This document shows, one piece after another, positions 13,515 through 26,287 of a DNA stretch of 64,000 nucleotides. The position numbers and the translations under genes are program-made. The stretch lies in the NCBI RefSeq assembly GCF_009914755.1, contig NC_060934.1. One strand, written 5' to 3'. The stretch's first letter is position 1, and the number at the start of each line of letters is the position of its first letter. Below the pieces are notes generated by a model, which saw only the letters and a program-made list of their open reading frames with translations, was not told the origin of the DNA and made no database searches. Source of the stretch: the human T2T-CHM13v2.0 reference genome, Homo sapiens.

Positions 13515-16500
13515 ACATGAGATTCAGAGTTTTGCTTTATTAGGCGTCTGTGAAGACAAGAGAGTTTGCAGACACAGTCCCGTCTGGTGGTGAACTGCTG
13601 CAAAGTTCTGTGAAGTTTGAATTTATCTTGTAGTGAATGAGACCCCAGTAGCTGATATTTTAGAATACTGGTCCATATTTCAAGCAGATGAGAGGTGTGG
13701 CATTATGGCCAACAACTTTTATATTAGCCATCCACTCAAGCCGTTTCCCAGCATACATATGCAGCTTAATCACAGCTATACATCTCTACAATGTGAAATT
13801 CGATCTTTGACTAATAATGCATTCTGACTCCTGTTTACATTGGTGCATGCGATTCTTTGCTACCCTGGCAATTAACCAGACCTGGACTCTAAAAGCTAAA
13901 CTTGGTCTAAATAACATTCTAAGGGTAAGGCAACCTCTATAATCTGGACTCAGCCATCATTTTGCAAAAACAGTTGTATGGTTCCTCCTCTTTCCCCTCC
14001 TGTCTGTAACTTGTCTGTTACTCAGCATTTATTCATGCCTGCTGTGTACGGAAAGGGCAGTTACAAAGGAAAGCCTTGATGATTCTGCTTCCAAGAAACG
14101 TGAAGATCAGATAATATGCCAGGGACAATTGAGTAATGGGTCAAGACAACAGGCCTTGTAGGTATTTTCTAAGGTTAGAAAAATGTGTTCAAGTGTACTT
14201 ATCCAGTGCTCTTATTCTAGAATATTCCAGTGGGGGTAGGGAAGGAGGGATGGATTTGGGGGTTTCATTTAAGGACTCTGACAACTGGGGCTGCAGCTCT
14301 GTGGCCAGAAGATAAAATTATCATCCTCTCCATCACCTATCTGCCAACACTGCAGATTTCTATCTGCTCATTTAAGAGAAACAGTACACAGGGAGATAGC
14401 ATTAATGCAAGGCAGGAAAGGCTTTACATTAGCCCAAAAAAGAGGGGCTTGACCATGTTACTCACACTTACACTTAGCCCAGCAGAAAAGCTGGGCTTAT
14501 GTACCACTTGGTTTCTTTCTTTGACCCTAGCATCCTGAAAACATCACACACAGTGGACCACGCTTTGCCCTCAGAGTGACTGCTCCGACCCGGAAGGAGA
14601 GGTCAACGACCCCTCAGGACACAAAGGGTTTCTTAGGTTGTTCTGCGCAGTCACATGGCTTCCAGAACCAGAACGTTCAGCTCTTAAAGTCTGCACAGAA
14701 GAACTGATAGAATCTGCTCCTTTCAATGGAATCTGTGACTGTTTGGGAAGGATGTGCATGGAGAAGGGTCTGATGAGGCTCCTGATCCAGGCGGTCCACG
14801 TGCGTTCAGTGTGTTTGGACCCTAGGCACCTCTGTCTATTGCTCGGTCTTGCGTACATAGTCCATAGCTTGGCATCAGCACAGATCGATGCTTAGTGAGC
14901 ACAATTAAGAAACCAAACTATGGAAAATTAAGGACAGTAACAAAAGTATCATCAACAAAAATCAAGCATTTTCCTCTTTTTGAAACAAGAAAAGCGCATC
15001 GTAGAAACCAAGATTCTGTACAATATTCTAACATTATATGTACATAAAATTATATTACTCATAACTATATTGAAAAGTCTTATTTGTAGAATATGGCTGG
15101 CAACAAAGAAAGACCCATACCATTTAGCGTTTGAAGCAGGGCAGGTAGCAAGAGAACATTAGCAAAGACACCTTTGTGCCTGGATACACAATCCTGCTAC
15201 TAAGTTATGTGACTAACCAGCACACTCTAAGTTCTGTGGTTTGTTCGTTGTTTCACATTCTAGTAGGGAATTCTGCAGCAGGCGATGCGAAAAAGAAGAC
15301 ATGGTCAAATGAAATGTGAAATGCTGTTTAAAATCTGCATATTGGCTATGATAATGGGTTTGTGAATCCAAGTTGCATTGGAAGTTCACTCATTCTCCAT
15401 TCATTATGCATGCCTCCAGTGATTTAATGAATTTCAGCAGGTGGAAAAGACAGCTTTGAACAGATCAGATGGGCTGTGAGTCAGATTCTTGATTCTTTTT
15501 CCTCATTTGGCTCCTGAATGTTGCAGAAAACTGGTTTTGTACACTGGGGAAGGAGAGAGTGAAGACCCTCCAGTTGGTTCCTCAGTCAGCTCCGTTCTTG
15601 GTGTCGCTTTCTTGCAATTTTTTTCCTCCCCTGGCCCTTCCTGTGAGGGTTAAAAGGGCCATCTCCAAGCCAGGTGGAGCCCCAATCCCATTGACCAAGA
15701 GGGCAAGGTATGGGGTCACCTTCTCATGGAAGCCCTCTTCCTAAAGGAGCCCAAAGGGGACACCTGCAGAGGGCGGGCTGTGATCTGTGTGTGAACTTCA
15801 ACAAAATCTCAGGTTAGTATTTCTCCAATTTCAGTTGAACCACGATGTGGTATACACTACAAATGCAGATTCTGGTGCCCCTCTCCAAGAGTCGGCCTCA
15901 GTTAAAAAGGGCTCAGATCCAGGAACCTGTTCTGAACACGCACCCAGGCAATTCTGATGCAGGCGAGCCACAGGCCCGCTGTGGAAAAAAACTGACTTAA
16001 TACATCAAGTATAGATCTACAAATTATTTTTAGAGAGACTTGAAAAACTGAAGATTTTAATGAAACATTGCATAGCACAGATTCTCTTCCCAAATTTCAC
16101 CAATGTATTCCTTTCAAAATGTGGAATTAAATGGCCAAAACTCTTAGGGAGATGAAGGTGAGTGGGAAGGAGGGGGTTAATTTAAAATCTGTCTGCTTTT
16201 CAAGGTGAGGGGCTCTTCTGGATGTCTGGTCTTGGTGATGCAAACAAGACCAATGGCAACCTCATTTTCTTACCCAGAATTCCTACTAAGGTTCACTAGA
16301 ATTACTTATGAACTCAGAAATCAGGGCTGGGCATGCTGGGAATTTATGTCACAGCATATAATTTGGGATACGTCAGTAACTCTTCACTATCTGTTTCCAT
16401 CATGGCAAGTTTTCACCTGCTAAGAATGTGAGGTATCAGCTCTCCTACTCACAAAAGCCCTAGTGGATTACCCAAGGCTACGGTTATTCTTCCCTGAACC

Positions 16501-17106
16501 TCCTTGCTGTTTAAATGATATGAGAATCTAAAACAGTGCCCAGTGTAGGCAGCCTTCTACCACCAGCTAAAAACATTCCCAGTTCCCACTGAATCACCAC
16601 TTTTAATCACATGATGAGGAAAAGAAATTAACTGCAGATGGGTGGCATTTTATATTGATGGCCATCCAAAAAATTTAGAAAGACAAGTCTCAGATGAAGA
16701 TCTCCTCCTGGTTCAAAGATCTCATTTTAAATCTAGAAAGACAGCAATAGGGCATCCTAAATTCTACATAACGGAGATCTGTTCAAAGCAGCGCAACCAC
16801 TGCTGCAGAAATGTACTGATTCCCTTCTCCGTGGCCATTTCACCACTTTTGTACCTATGAAAACTAGCTGCTCCTCCAGGATCCTTTAATTTTCTATGCC
16901 TAAACCTTAATCTTAATTTCTGTTTTTCTGACTCCAGTGTGCCCTCAAAAGTCACTAATTATTTCTAGCCCTGATTGTTCTCATCTTCCCTGCTGAAATT
17001 CACATGGGCAATGGTGAGGGTCAAGGTTAGGGAAAGAACAGTCAAGGTTGAGGTCAGCAGATGCAGATAAGTTGAGTCCAAGGGGACAGGCAGCGGGGCG
17101 GGAGGG
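13515..17106 (-). other. HSPA12A: HSPA12A 3' UTR (~3.6 kb)
   Basis: repeat-poor stretch between the TAA stop and the AATAAA; exact 3' end is approximate. Confidence 0.75.
13536..13541 (-). terminator. HSPA12A: HSPA12A distal poly(A) signal AATAAA
   Basis: TTTATT on +; U-rich downstream element (T8 on the minus strand, ~13499-13506); a second AATAAA lies at 14028-14033. Confidence 0.75.
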
Positions 17107-17744
17107 TTAGTAATTTAAGAAGTCGATCCCAACTTTGACACTCTTCGAAGTGGCTATATCAATGGCTGTGGCTTTGATCTCGGTGTCCCCGAACTGCATA
17201 AGGGTCTGGATCTCCCTCCGGGCGGGCACCGCAGTGCCACTGGTCCCTGTGAGATCCAGGCGGAGCGTGCCACACTTCTTCACCCCGGGATCAGTGATGA
17301 AGCTGACGTTGTCGTGCTCAGAGCTGTAGATGTTGATGACAATGACCAGCTGGGAGGGCTTGGCCGGGGTGTAGCTACGCTTGACCAGCTCACCCAGAGC
17401 CACAGACTGGTCGGCAGAGATGAACTTGTCAAAGACGTCGGTGCACCACCGAGTGCCATCCTTCACCAGCAGCTTCTCAGGCGGGTGCTTGCCCTCCACG
17501 TAGCGGTTCAGCACGCCTACCCCGTAGGTGAGCGGCGACCGGCGCACCTTGATGACCGCGGGGTCCAGGCCAAAGAGGACGGCACCCTTGAGGATGGTGA
17601 GGCCCACGTCCTGGGGGATGATGATCCGGCACTGGTCCCCAAAAGCAGCCTGCACCGCCTGCTGCAGCAGGGGCGCCTCGGCAAAGCCGCCCACCAGAAA
17701 GAGGAACTTGACGGTGGACACCTCGGGCTTCTGAAACAGGTCCC
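17107..17744 (-). CDS. HSPA12A: HSPA12A exon 12, last coding exon ([21 protein letters not shown]...VGIDFLNY*)
   Basis: acceptor ccttccag|GG; TAA at 17107-17109; Hsp70 adenosine motif LVGG; CpG-rich coding sequence; 638 nt. Confidence 0.97.
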
Positions 17745-18724
17745 CTGGAAGGGAAGAGGCAGGGAGAATGTCCTGTCACCAAAAGCCAGCAAGGAAGGGG
17801 GAACTGGGCTGCCTGCATCTGTGGGGAACGGATAAAGCCACTTGGGCCACTGGGAGGGCAGGCTTACTCTGAGCTCCTTGAACAGAATCTTTGCAGAACT
17901 GGTCTTTTAAAGAAAGGGAGTTTGCACACCAATATGTTCCGGAATAAAAGCCAGAGCTGCTGCTAAGTAGAAATGCATTTTAACAGATACATGGTGATAA
18001 TTTTAAGTAGAATTTGGTTTGCATAAATGAATACTCCTAAAGCTCTCCAAACCTGTGGTTCTGTTGGGTAAGTCAACGCAGGTTGTTATAAATAGAATTC
18101 TCTGATTTTCATAAAAATCCCATTCCACTCCTAGAGAGTCTGATTTGGTAGGCGGGGGACAGGACACTGAAAGAGGTCCTGGTGAGTTTGCTATGTGTCC
18201 CTGGGTACTGCCACCAATGTAGCAGGAAAATGACATAGCCAGATTCCATTTGCTTGCAGAACTTCCTTTGATTCACACAACAGTTCCTTCTCCCCTAGCA
18301 GGGTGAGGATGTCTAACATGTCCCAGTAAAGCAAAGAATATGCATTTCCTAGGGCCTGCCACTCTCAGGTAACATTGCCTCAGAGCTTCCAGCTCTCTGA
18401 TCTTTTTTGTTGTTTTAAAGTTTTGTTTGTTTATTTAATTCTTCCTCTTTGTCATTACCAGCTCTCTGACTTTTGAGGCCAAACGGAAAGCTTGGGTGAG
18501 ACAAGCTCTCAGCAGCTTTGCAGTACGAGGAGAGGGATCCAGAGCCTATGCCCAGTAACCTCTCCCATACATGCCCAAGCCCTGCCCAGTCCTGCAGGGC
18601 CCTTGCCTGTGGCTCCCAGATCCAGGCCAACCTGACTCCACAGGCACCAGCTGGTGATGCTGGGAAAGCCCATCCCCTTTCTCAGCTCTGCCTCGCCGAG
18701 TGGCCGAGCCTGGCTGATACTTAC

Positions 18725-18828
18725 GGAGATGCTCAATGATGCTATCGATGGTCGGCTTAAAAAGGGCGTTCATGGCATCTGGACTCATCCGCAGCATCCC
18801 CTGCGAGGACCACTTCACAAAATCCACA
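18725..18828 (-). CDS. HSPA12A: HSPA12A exon 11 (NVDFVKWSSQGMLRMSPDAMNALFKPTIDSIIEHL)
   Basis: ctgcag|T ... CTCC|gtaagt; 104 nt, phase 2 to 1. Confidence 0.96.
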
Positions 18829-19959
18829 CTGCAGGAGCATAGCATGGAGAAGAGCAGGCAGTGAGGGTCTACACGATACCCATGCTTATCTGCATAGACA
18901 CCTGCCCTGGCAGAACATCTGTCACTTCTTAGCAGGCAGAAAGGGGGTTGAAAGCCAAAAGCACCTTTGGAAACCCTAAACTGCCAGGACCTGGACCCTT
19001 AGAAGCTCAAAAGCTAAGACATAATCTCTTCTCTGTATCTTAAGTTTGGCTGTGACCGACCTTCCCCTGGGATAGTGGAGGCCAAAGTCTAGTGCAAAGA
19101 CAAGGAGATAAAGGGCTCACTGTCTCTTTCGCAGGACCACACTTTGAACCCAACAATATTTGGATTCAAGCACGTTAAAAGCTCCCTGGCGAGTTTATTG
19201 TACTGCTACTTACGGCTACACATGTGTGCGCTCAGGTGCATGTCCTCAGCCCTCCAGGCACCTGTCAGGTGACAGAGTAAGCCTAATTCTACTAGGTGGC
19301 CCTCACGGTCTCTGTCCAGAAGCAGCAGTGTGGAGCAGAGAGTCCTGGATGGGAATCCAGGATTGTGGGGCTCTAGCCTGGCCACCACCACTGCGGAGCT
19401 CTGGGACTTTGGGCAGATTAGACTCCATTTTCTTCAAGCCCAGTCTCCACGTCTGGAAGTCAGGGATAACTGCGCTTGCCTTACCTCCTTCACGGGGGTT
19501 GTTGTAAAGACGAAGTTAAATACCATGTCTGTGAAAGCGCTCTGGAAACTTTCTGGCACTAAGCAAATGCCAGGGACTGTGTATTCCCCAAACCCACAGG
19601 GCGTGCCCCTCCTGTTCTCAGAGGCCAAGCAAATGGCGCCTCTGTCCCTGATGCAAAGTGCACACCAGCAGCTTCCCAGGAACATGTTCTAGATGCTGGA
19701 CGGGAATCTAGAACATGTTGGTAAGGAATCCTTTCCATGGCGTAGGCCAAAGGACAATGTGGTGTGGTATGGAATGACCCCATGGCTGGCTGCAGCCTGT
19801 TTCTTAGTGGGAGGGTTGACAGGCCCCAGAACTGTGCAGGTAGGTCTTGGGATTCCAAACAGAGGACAGGTGCCCTCTGTGGGGGACTAACGGGGCAGAG
19901 AACATCAGCCCAGTAAGAGGGTCCAGACTGGCCCTGCTCCAAGGGCAAGAAGACCTGAC

Positions 19960-21190
19960 ATGAAATCTGCTTTCACTTCCACTAAAAGGAACCAGGGCTT
20001 CTTAGGGAAATGGCCAATTCCAGGCCTGGGGTAGGGAATGTACAAGATGAGCCAAGAGTGTCTTCACATACAAGGAGGCAAAGACACTGTCAACCACCAC
20101 AAATGTCATGTCAAAGGGATTCAGAGCCAACGTGAGAAGGCTCCTACTGGCCGAGATGGGACAGTGTGGGTGTCAATAAGGATAGAATTGCCATTGTTTA
20201 AAATACATCAAATATGCTTAAATCCTCAAATTCTTAATGATACTCCCCCTCATGCCCTCACAAAAGGAAAAATTCATTAGCTACTTTGGCGGATACTAGG
20301 AAATTGATTCTTTTTTTTTTTTAACTCATAAATGGAAGTTGAAACCCAACCTATTTATCCTGTCTTCCCTAAGTGAGCTGTAGTTCAGGGCAACCAAACC
20401 ACTGAGGAGCCAAGTTTCTCTCTCTAGGAGTATTCTAGCTAAATAAATGAGGAAGGAGTGATGGACCAAGATGGTGGCCATGGAGCCACCCCTAATGCAT
20501 TAGTGGACCAGGCAATAATCATCAATGGCTGCTAATATCACAAAAGGAGAGACAGGCAGACATTTCGTGTCCCCTGATGGGATGCAGTAGGAGGAACCAC
20601 CACCCGTAAGGCAGATATGCCAAAGATTCAAACTTGAATCTGATTAAACCTCTAAGTCCATCTGCCAACTTGCAAAAAAAAAAAAAAAAAAAAAAAAAGG
20701 CTATGGGATAGAACCTGCTGTGTAACACCACGGACGTGAGATGAGCAAAGCCCAGATGATAGGAAACTCCAATCTAAGGACAAACTACTAGTTTTGCCAT
20801 CTAATAAATTGTGAAGGAAAAACCAGGAGGGGAACCTGTACATTAGTGGGACTCGAGGGGCGTATCAGATAGCTGCTATGTAGAGCCCTCATTTGGATGT
20901 TGGTACAAAGTGAAAAAAAAAAAAAAAAAAGACAAATGGAAAAATGTTAATGTTAATTAGATACTTGATAATATTGAGGAATTATTAATTGTTAAGTGTT
21001 ATCGTGGTATTGTGGTTGTGATTTAAAACTTGTCTCCTTTAGAGGTACATACTGAAATAGATGAGATGCTAATTTCTAAGATTTGCTTTAAAATAATTGG
21101 ATTTAGACTAGCCAGGACCTGACAGTTGTTGAAGCTGGACAATGGGGTATTTTACAGGATAAATGTTTGACATGTTCCCTTACAAAAGGA
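19960..21190 (+). mobile_element. Old L1M (L1MC-like) 3' region fragments
   Basis: ttcacttccactaaaaggaaccagggct...gtacaagatgagcc and gataatattgaggaattattaatt...ggtattgtggtt segments resemble L1MC4/5 3' UTR; boundaries approximate. Confidence 0.55.
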
Positions 21191-21829
21191 TTATTAGAAA
21201 AAGGTAATTATGAAATATGATAGATAGGTAAATCTGTCTGTAGTCATCATTTCATGATGGATATTATATATATAAATTTAAAATGTTTAAGAATATTAGA
21301 AATCTATTATTTTTATCTTTTTTTTTAAATTCGGCTTTAAACCGTCTTCTAAATATATTCATTTTGCAACAAGCTGAGACACAAAATCAGTCAAGGGACT
21401 CAGAGTGGCAAGAAACCTACATTCCCATTGGATTAATTCCACAAATATTTATTGAGCACCTACTGCATACCAGGTTCTCTTCTAGACACTGGGGATATGG
21501 CAGGGGCCAAAACTAAACTTCGCTGCTTTCATAGTTCCTCTGTTTTTAGCAAACACATAGATAATACTTGCCAGGTCCCAGGCATTGTTCTAAGCACCCA
21601 ACATGTATGAATTCATTGCATTCTCACAACAACCCTTGGAGTTACATAGAATTATTATCCCCATTTTCCATGTGAAAAAAACTGAGGGAAGAGAAGTTGA
21701 GTCCCTTGCCCAAGGTCATACAGCCAGTGTGTAGGATTGGAACCCGAAGTCCACACTTCGCTCCTCTCTCCCATCAGCACGATCCACCCGCTAGAATGTC
21801 CAGAGCCCGAGGTGATGAGCCCAACTCAC

Positions 21830-22088
21830 TTGCTTTTCCGCAAGGCGTGCTCCACACTGTGCCCGCGGAACTTCTTGTAGTAGTCAATGAAGGAGAAGGG
21901 CAGGGTGATGTTCAGCGGGTTAGTTCTGTCTGGGGCAGCCGCCCTTTTGCGAGACTCAAACGCAATCATTAAGTCAACCCAGGCTGCAGGGCGTTTGATT
22001 TTGAATTGTTCAATAAAATCCTCTCCAAATATTTTATACAGAAGTTTTTCGAACTCATAATCTACTCCTAAAGATCCATAGGGTCCGC
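21830..22088 (-). CDS. HSPA12A: HSPA12A exon 10 ([14 protein letters not shown]...HALRKS)
   Basis: ttcag|GC ... GCAA|gtgagt; 259 nt, phase 1 to 2. Confidence 0.96.
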
Positions 22089-22296
22089 CTGAATTGAGAA
22101 CAAAAAGGGAGGCCATGGTGTTAAAAACCATTAGAAACCCAATCCAGACTCTGAGAAACAGGCCCACCTGTTCATCTCTGAGCCACTTAGCAATGGGACG
22201 GCAGCTATAAGTGTTTACTTACACTTCAGAACCCTGCGCTGCTTCTCATTCCATGTGGAGAAGCTTTTCCCTACAGAAATCTCTTGTCAACAATCT

Positions 22297-22616
22297 TTAC
22301 TTTATTATTTTATTTTTGTGTTTTCTTTTTTTTGAGACAAAGTTTTCACCCTTGTTGCCCAGGCTGGAGTGCAGTGGCACAATCTTGGCTCACTGCAATC
22401 TCCGCCTCCTGGGTTGAAGTGATTCTCCTGCTTCAGCCTCCCGAGTAGCTGAGATACAGGCACGCACCACCATGCCCGGCTAATTTTTGTATTTTTAGTA
22501 GAGATGGGATTTTGCCATGTTGGCCAGGCTGGTCTCAAACTCCTGACCTCAGGTGATCCACCTGCCTTGGCCTCTCAAAGTTCTGGGATTACAGGCATGA
22601 GCCACCACTCCCAGCC
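22297..22616 (-). mobile_element. Alu (AluS-like)
   Basis: reverse Alu consensus; TSD AACAATCT. Confidence 0.93.
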
Positions 22617-22827
22617 AACAATCTATTTTAAATCAATTACATTTTTAAAAAAATCAATAATTTTATCTAACTAGGACCATTATGGTATTCCAATCCAAGA
22701 CATCCAAGGGCGGGGGCTGGAAAATCAGCAGGCCTGGTCTAGTCCCTGTGTGATCCTCTAATTACTTATTATCCTTTCCCCTCCAACCTCCCAAAAGGGA
22801 AACAGCATGTTCTTTGGTTTAGCAATC

Positions 22828-23111
<284 letters not shown>

Positions 23112-23478
23112 AATGGTTTGGCAATCTTGATCCAAGACAAGGTGAGGCCTCCCTAGAAAGTTCACCTTAGCACGGTCATGGGCAACATCAAGTTGCAATC
23201 TCATCCTTTCGGAATTTTCAGAAACCAGCGCCCTTGGCCAGGATCTGAAACAGGCTCGCTTTAGGCCAAAACCCAAGTTGTGGTGGTTTGTGTTTTAAAG
23301 AATGTTTAATTGCATTTTGCTTTCCAATTTCAAGCAGACATTAGTATCCTCCACCGCCTACGATCCCACATGTTAGTGGCATTCAAGAGAATAAAACTGA
23401 GAGTTATCTGAAACAAGTGAAAACAGAACTGCCTGGAATTGGCTCAGGAATAAGAAAATTAGCCCTGCAGGGCCTCAC

Positions 23479-23583
23479 CTGTTGCTTTATACAGTTCCTT
23501 AAGGTGTCCCTCCGGTAACCGGATCTGATGGACTGTCAGGTCTACGGTGCCACCGCCACTGTCCACAACCACATACTTATCAC
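23479..23583 (-). CDS. HSPA12A: HSPA12A exon 9 ([34 protein letters not shown])
   Basis: gtgccag|GT ... ACAG|gtgagg; 105 nt; Hsp70 phosphate-2 motif D-x-GGGT-x-D; not in the ORF track. Confidence 0.96.
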
Positions 23584-24117
23584 CTGGCACAAAAACAGCC
23601 ATCTTTTACACAGACTGTTTGCCAACCCCATCTGAAACAAGCTTGTGGGTGGTAACTAGGTAGACCCAGCTAAGTGCCCTCAAAACTTCTCATTAGCACA
23701 ATGGTTTTGCTAATTAGCAGCTCTAGGAGTTAACCATGACCAAAGAGAATGCAATCTGCCCAGGAGGATGGTTAGACATGGACGATGGAGAACCCAGGTG
23801 AGTGAATCTAAGATTCACACATTGCTGCATACCTGGCACGTACTTAGTGGGCAGTTTCCTGCCACGTGAATAGTGAGTGCCCTAAAATCATCTGCGTTTC
23901 ACCAAAGACTTACTCTGGAACTGATCAATTCCAATCCCTACCTGGTTTTACAACATGCAAAATTACAGCTCCCAAAAGAGCTCTCCCTGCATGAGTGGTC
24001 TTTAGAACCCACTGAGTTTGAACATTTTCCAAAAGTGCAAAAGGGACAAATGGGAATGGCTTTTCACGAGCAGCACAGGAAAATCCAGCAAGAGCAAAGG
24101 ACATTGAAGGACGCTAC

Positions 24118-24204
24118 CTTCCTCCAGCTCGGACCAGATTTCTCCTATGACATTCTCCACCAAAAAGGTCCGACTCTGCCGATTACGCCGTATGTGTTCC
24201 TTAG
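24118..24204 (-). CDS. HSPA12A: HSPA12A exon 8 (AKEHIRRNRQSRTFLVENVIGEIWSELEE)
   Basis: ccactag|CT ... GAAG|gtagcg; 87 nt, phase 1 to 1. Confidence 0.94.
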
Positions 24205-24883
24205 CTAGTGGCCGACAGAAAGAAAATGATGACGGGTAAGAAAGCATGAAAAAGCAGAGATCATTTGCAGTCAGTGAAGGCAATAGCATGAGGAGATTTA
24301 GGGATGGAACATTAGTGACATTTGACCAAAATAAGTCAATACGATGTCGGGAATCACAAAGCCAGCTCTTCCCAGAGAAAGTGATTTCCACCGGCCTTCC
24401 TCTATTCCTCGGCTTAGCCTGTGCCCAGCTGAAAAGCCCACCCTGATGAGATTCTCACAACAACCCTTGGAATTAGGTGGAATTATTATCCCCATTTTCC
24501 ACGTGAAAAAAACTGAAAGAAGAGAATGTGGTCAAATGTGCGCCACTGCACTCCAACTTGGGTGACAGAGCGAGACTCTCAAATGAGACCTACCCTGGTC
24601 ACATTTTTTGGAGAATGGGTTAATGAAATCGCCTAGTTTCCCGGCTTTGCTGCCCCAGGGAGGAAGCTATCTGCCAAACAGCCTGCAGTGCGCTCAGTTA
24701 AACAATTCCAAATCAAGGAATTTTGTCTGATACAAGGAATTTGGGGTGTGTTTTCCTAACATGCACCCTGGGTAAATAGACTGGGGGGGGGGCCATTTCC
24801 TGACCCAGCTGAAGCCAATATGCATTGCGGCCACAAGGTGGCGCGTCTGGGCCTGGCAAACCCCTGTGCTGCCTTTTCCATGA

Positions 24884-25327
<444 letters not shown>

Positions 25328-26115
25328 CCACAATTCTTTTCTTGCAGCCTGAAATTAACCCTTAGACCTTAGGCCCTCGTGCCTTTGAGATTTAACAACA
25401 GTGCCCGGCGCCACCCCCATAGTGCTCTCACTTAGCGCTCATATTGGTGCCTTGACCCTGACAGGGCGTGTCTGCAAACCCTATAGCCCTCGACACACCC
25501 ACAGAGCCCTGGATACCAGGGAACCAAGTTCTGTGACCAAGGCTATGACCTACTTGCATTCAGGTAATTATTAAAGAGGAAAAGCTTTTTAAAATCGCCA
25601 TCCTCAGTCTCCCTAAGGCGGTGCTCCTTCCCACAGCTAAGCGAGCGTCACCTAGGTCAGGAAAAGTCAGCCGGTTTCATCTGCATTTTAAACTCATCGC
25701 ACATGAAGCAGACCCAATGAGTGACTCAGCAATAAATCAACAGTCTTAATGGAGAATTAATAACAGGCAATGGAATTAGATTAAGAATCTGTTAATACAC
25801 AAGAAAGATTAAGAGCCTAGTACAATGTGAGGCCAATAACCGCTCTCAGGCTACCCTCAGATTCTTAGAGAGAAGCTCCCCGCCCCCAGACACTTGGTGG
25901 GTGATGAACCAGGGTAACCATGCCTCCATTTATGGGGGTCCTTGGAGGGGCCAGGTAGGGGGGCTGAGCAGAGAGGTGCTTAAAGCCCACCTCCTCCCGG
26001 AGTATCCTGATTCTTCATTATGGCACTAAGTGCCTTTAAAATCATCAGAGGGAGAGAGACATCCAGGGCTTGGGAATGAAGGAGAGCAGGAGGGGGAGAG
26101 AGAGAGCAGAGGTAC

Positions 26116-26287
26116 CCTGTGTAAACCCAGCTCCTACTGTGTCACTGCCGCTGTACCCATTGACGGCTGCCTTGCTGCTCAGCTCAATCATCTGGTGTAG
26201 CCGCAGCTTTCGGCAGTAGATAGAGGCTGCCTCAGGCTCCAAGGCAATGATGAGCTGCTCCGAGTTCTCGGGGGAGGCCAGGCCTGC
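26116..26287 (-). CDS. HSPA12A: HSPA12A exon 7 ([27 protein letters not shown]...GAGFTQ)
   Basis: cttccag|GCA ... CAGG|gtacct; 172 nt; Hsp70 EPxAA motif. Confidence 0.96.

Noticed and set aside
17135-17835. Plus-strand and alternative-frame ORFs over HSPA12A exon 12 (similar ones over exons 3, 4 and 7)
   Set aside because: Shadow ORFs expected from GC-rich codon usage of the real exon.
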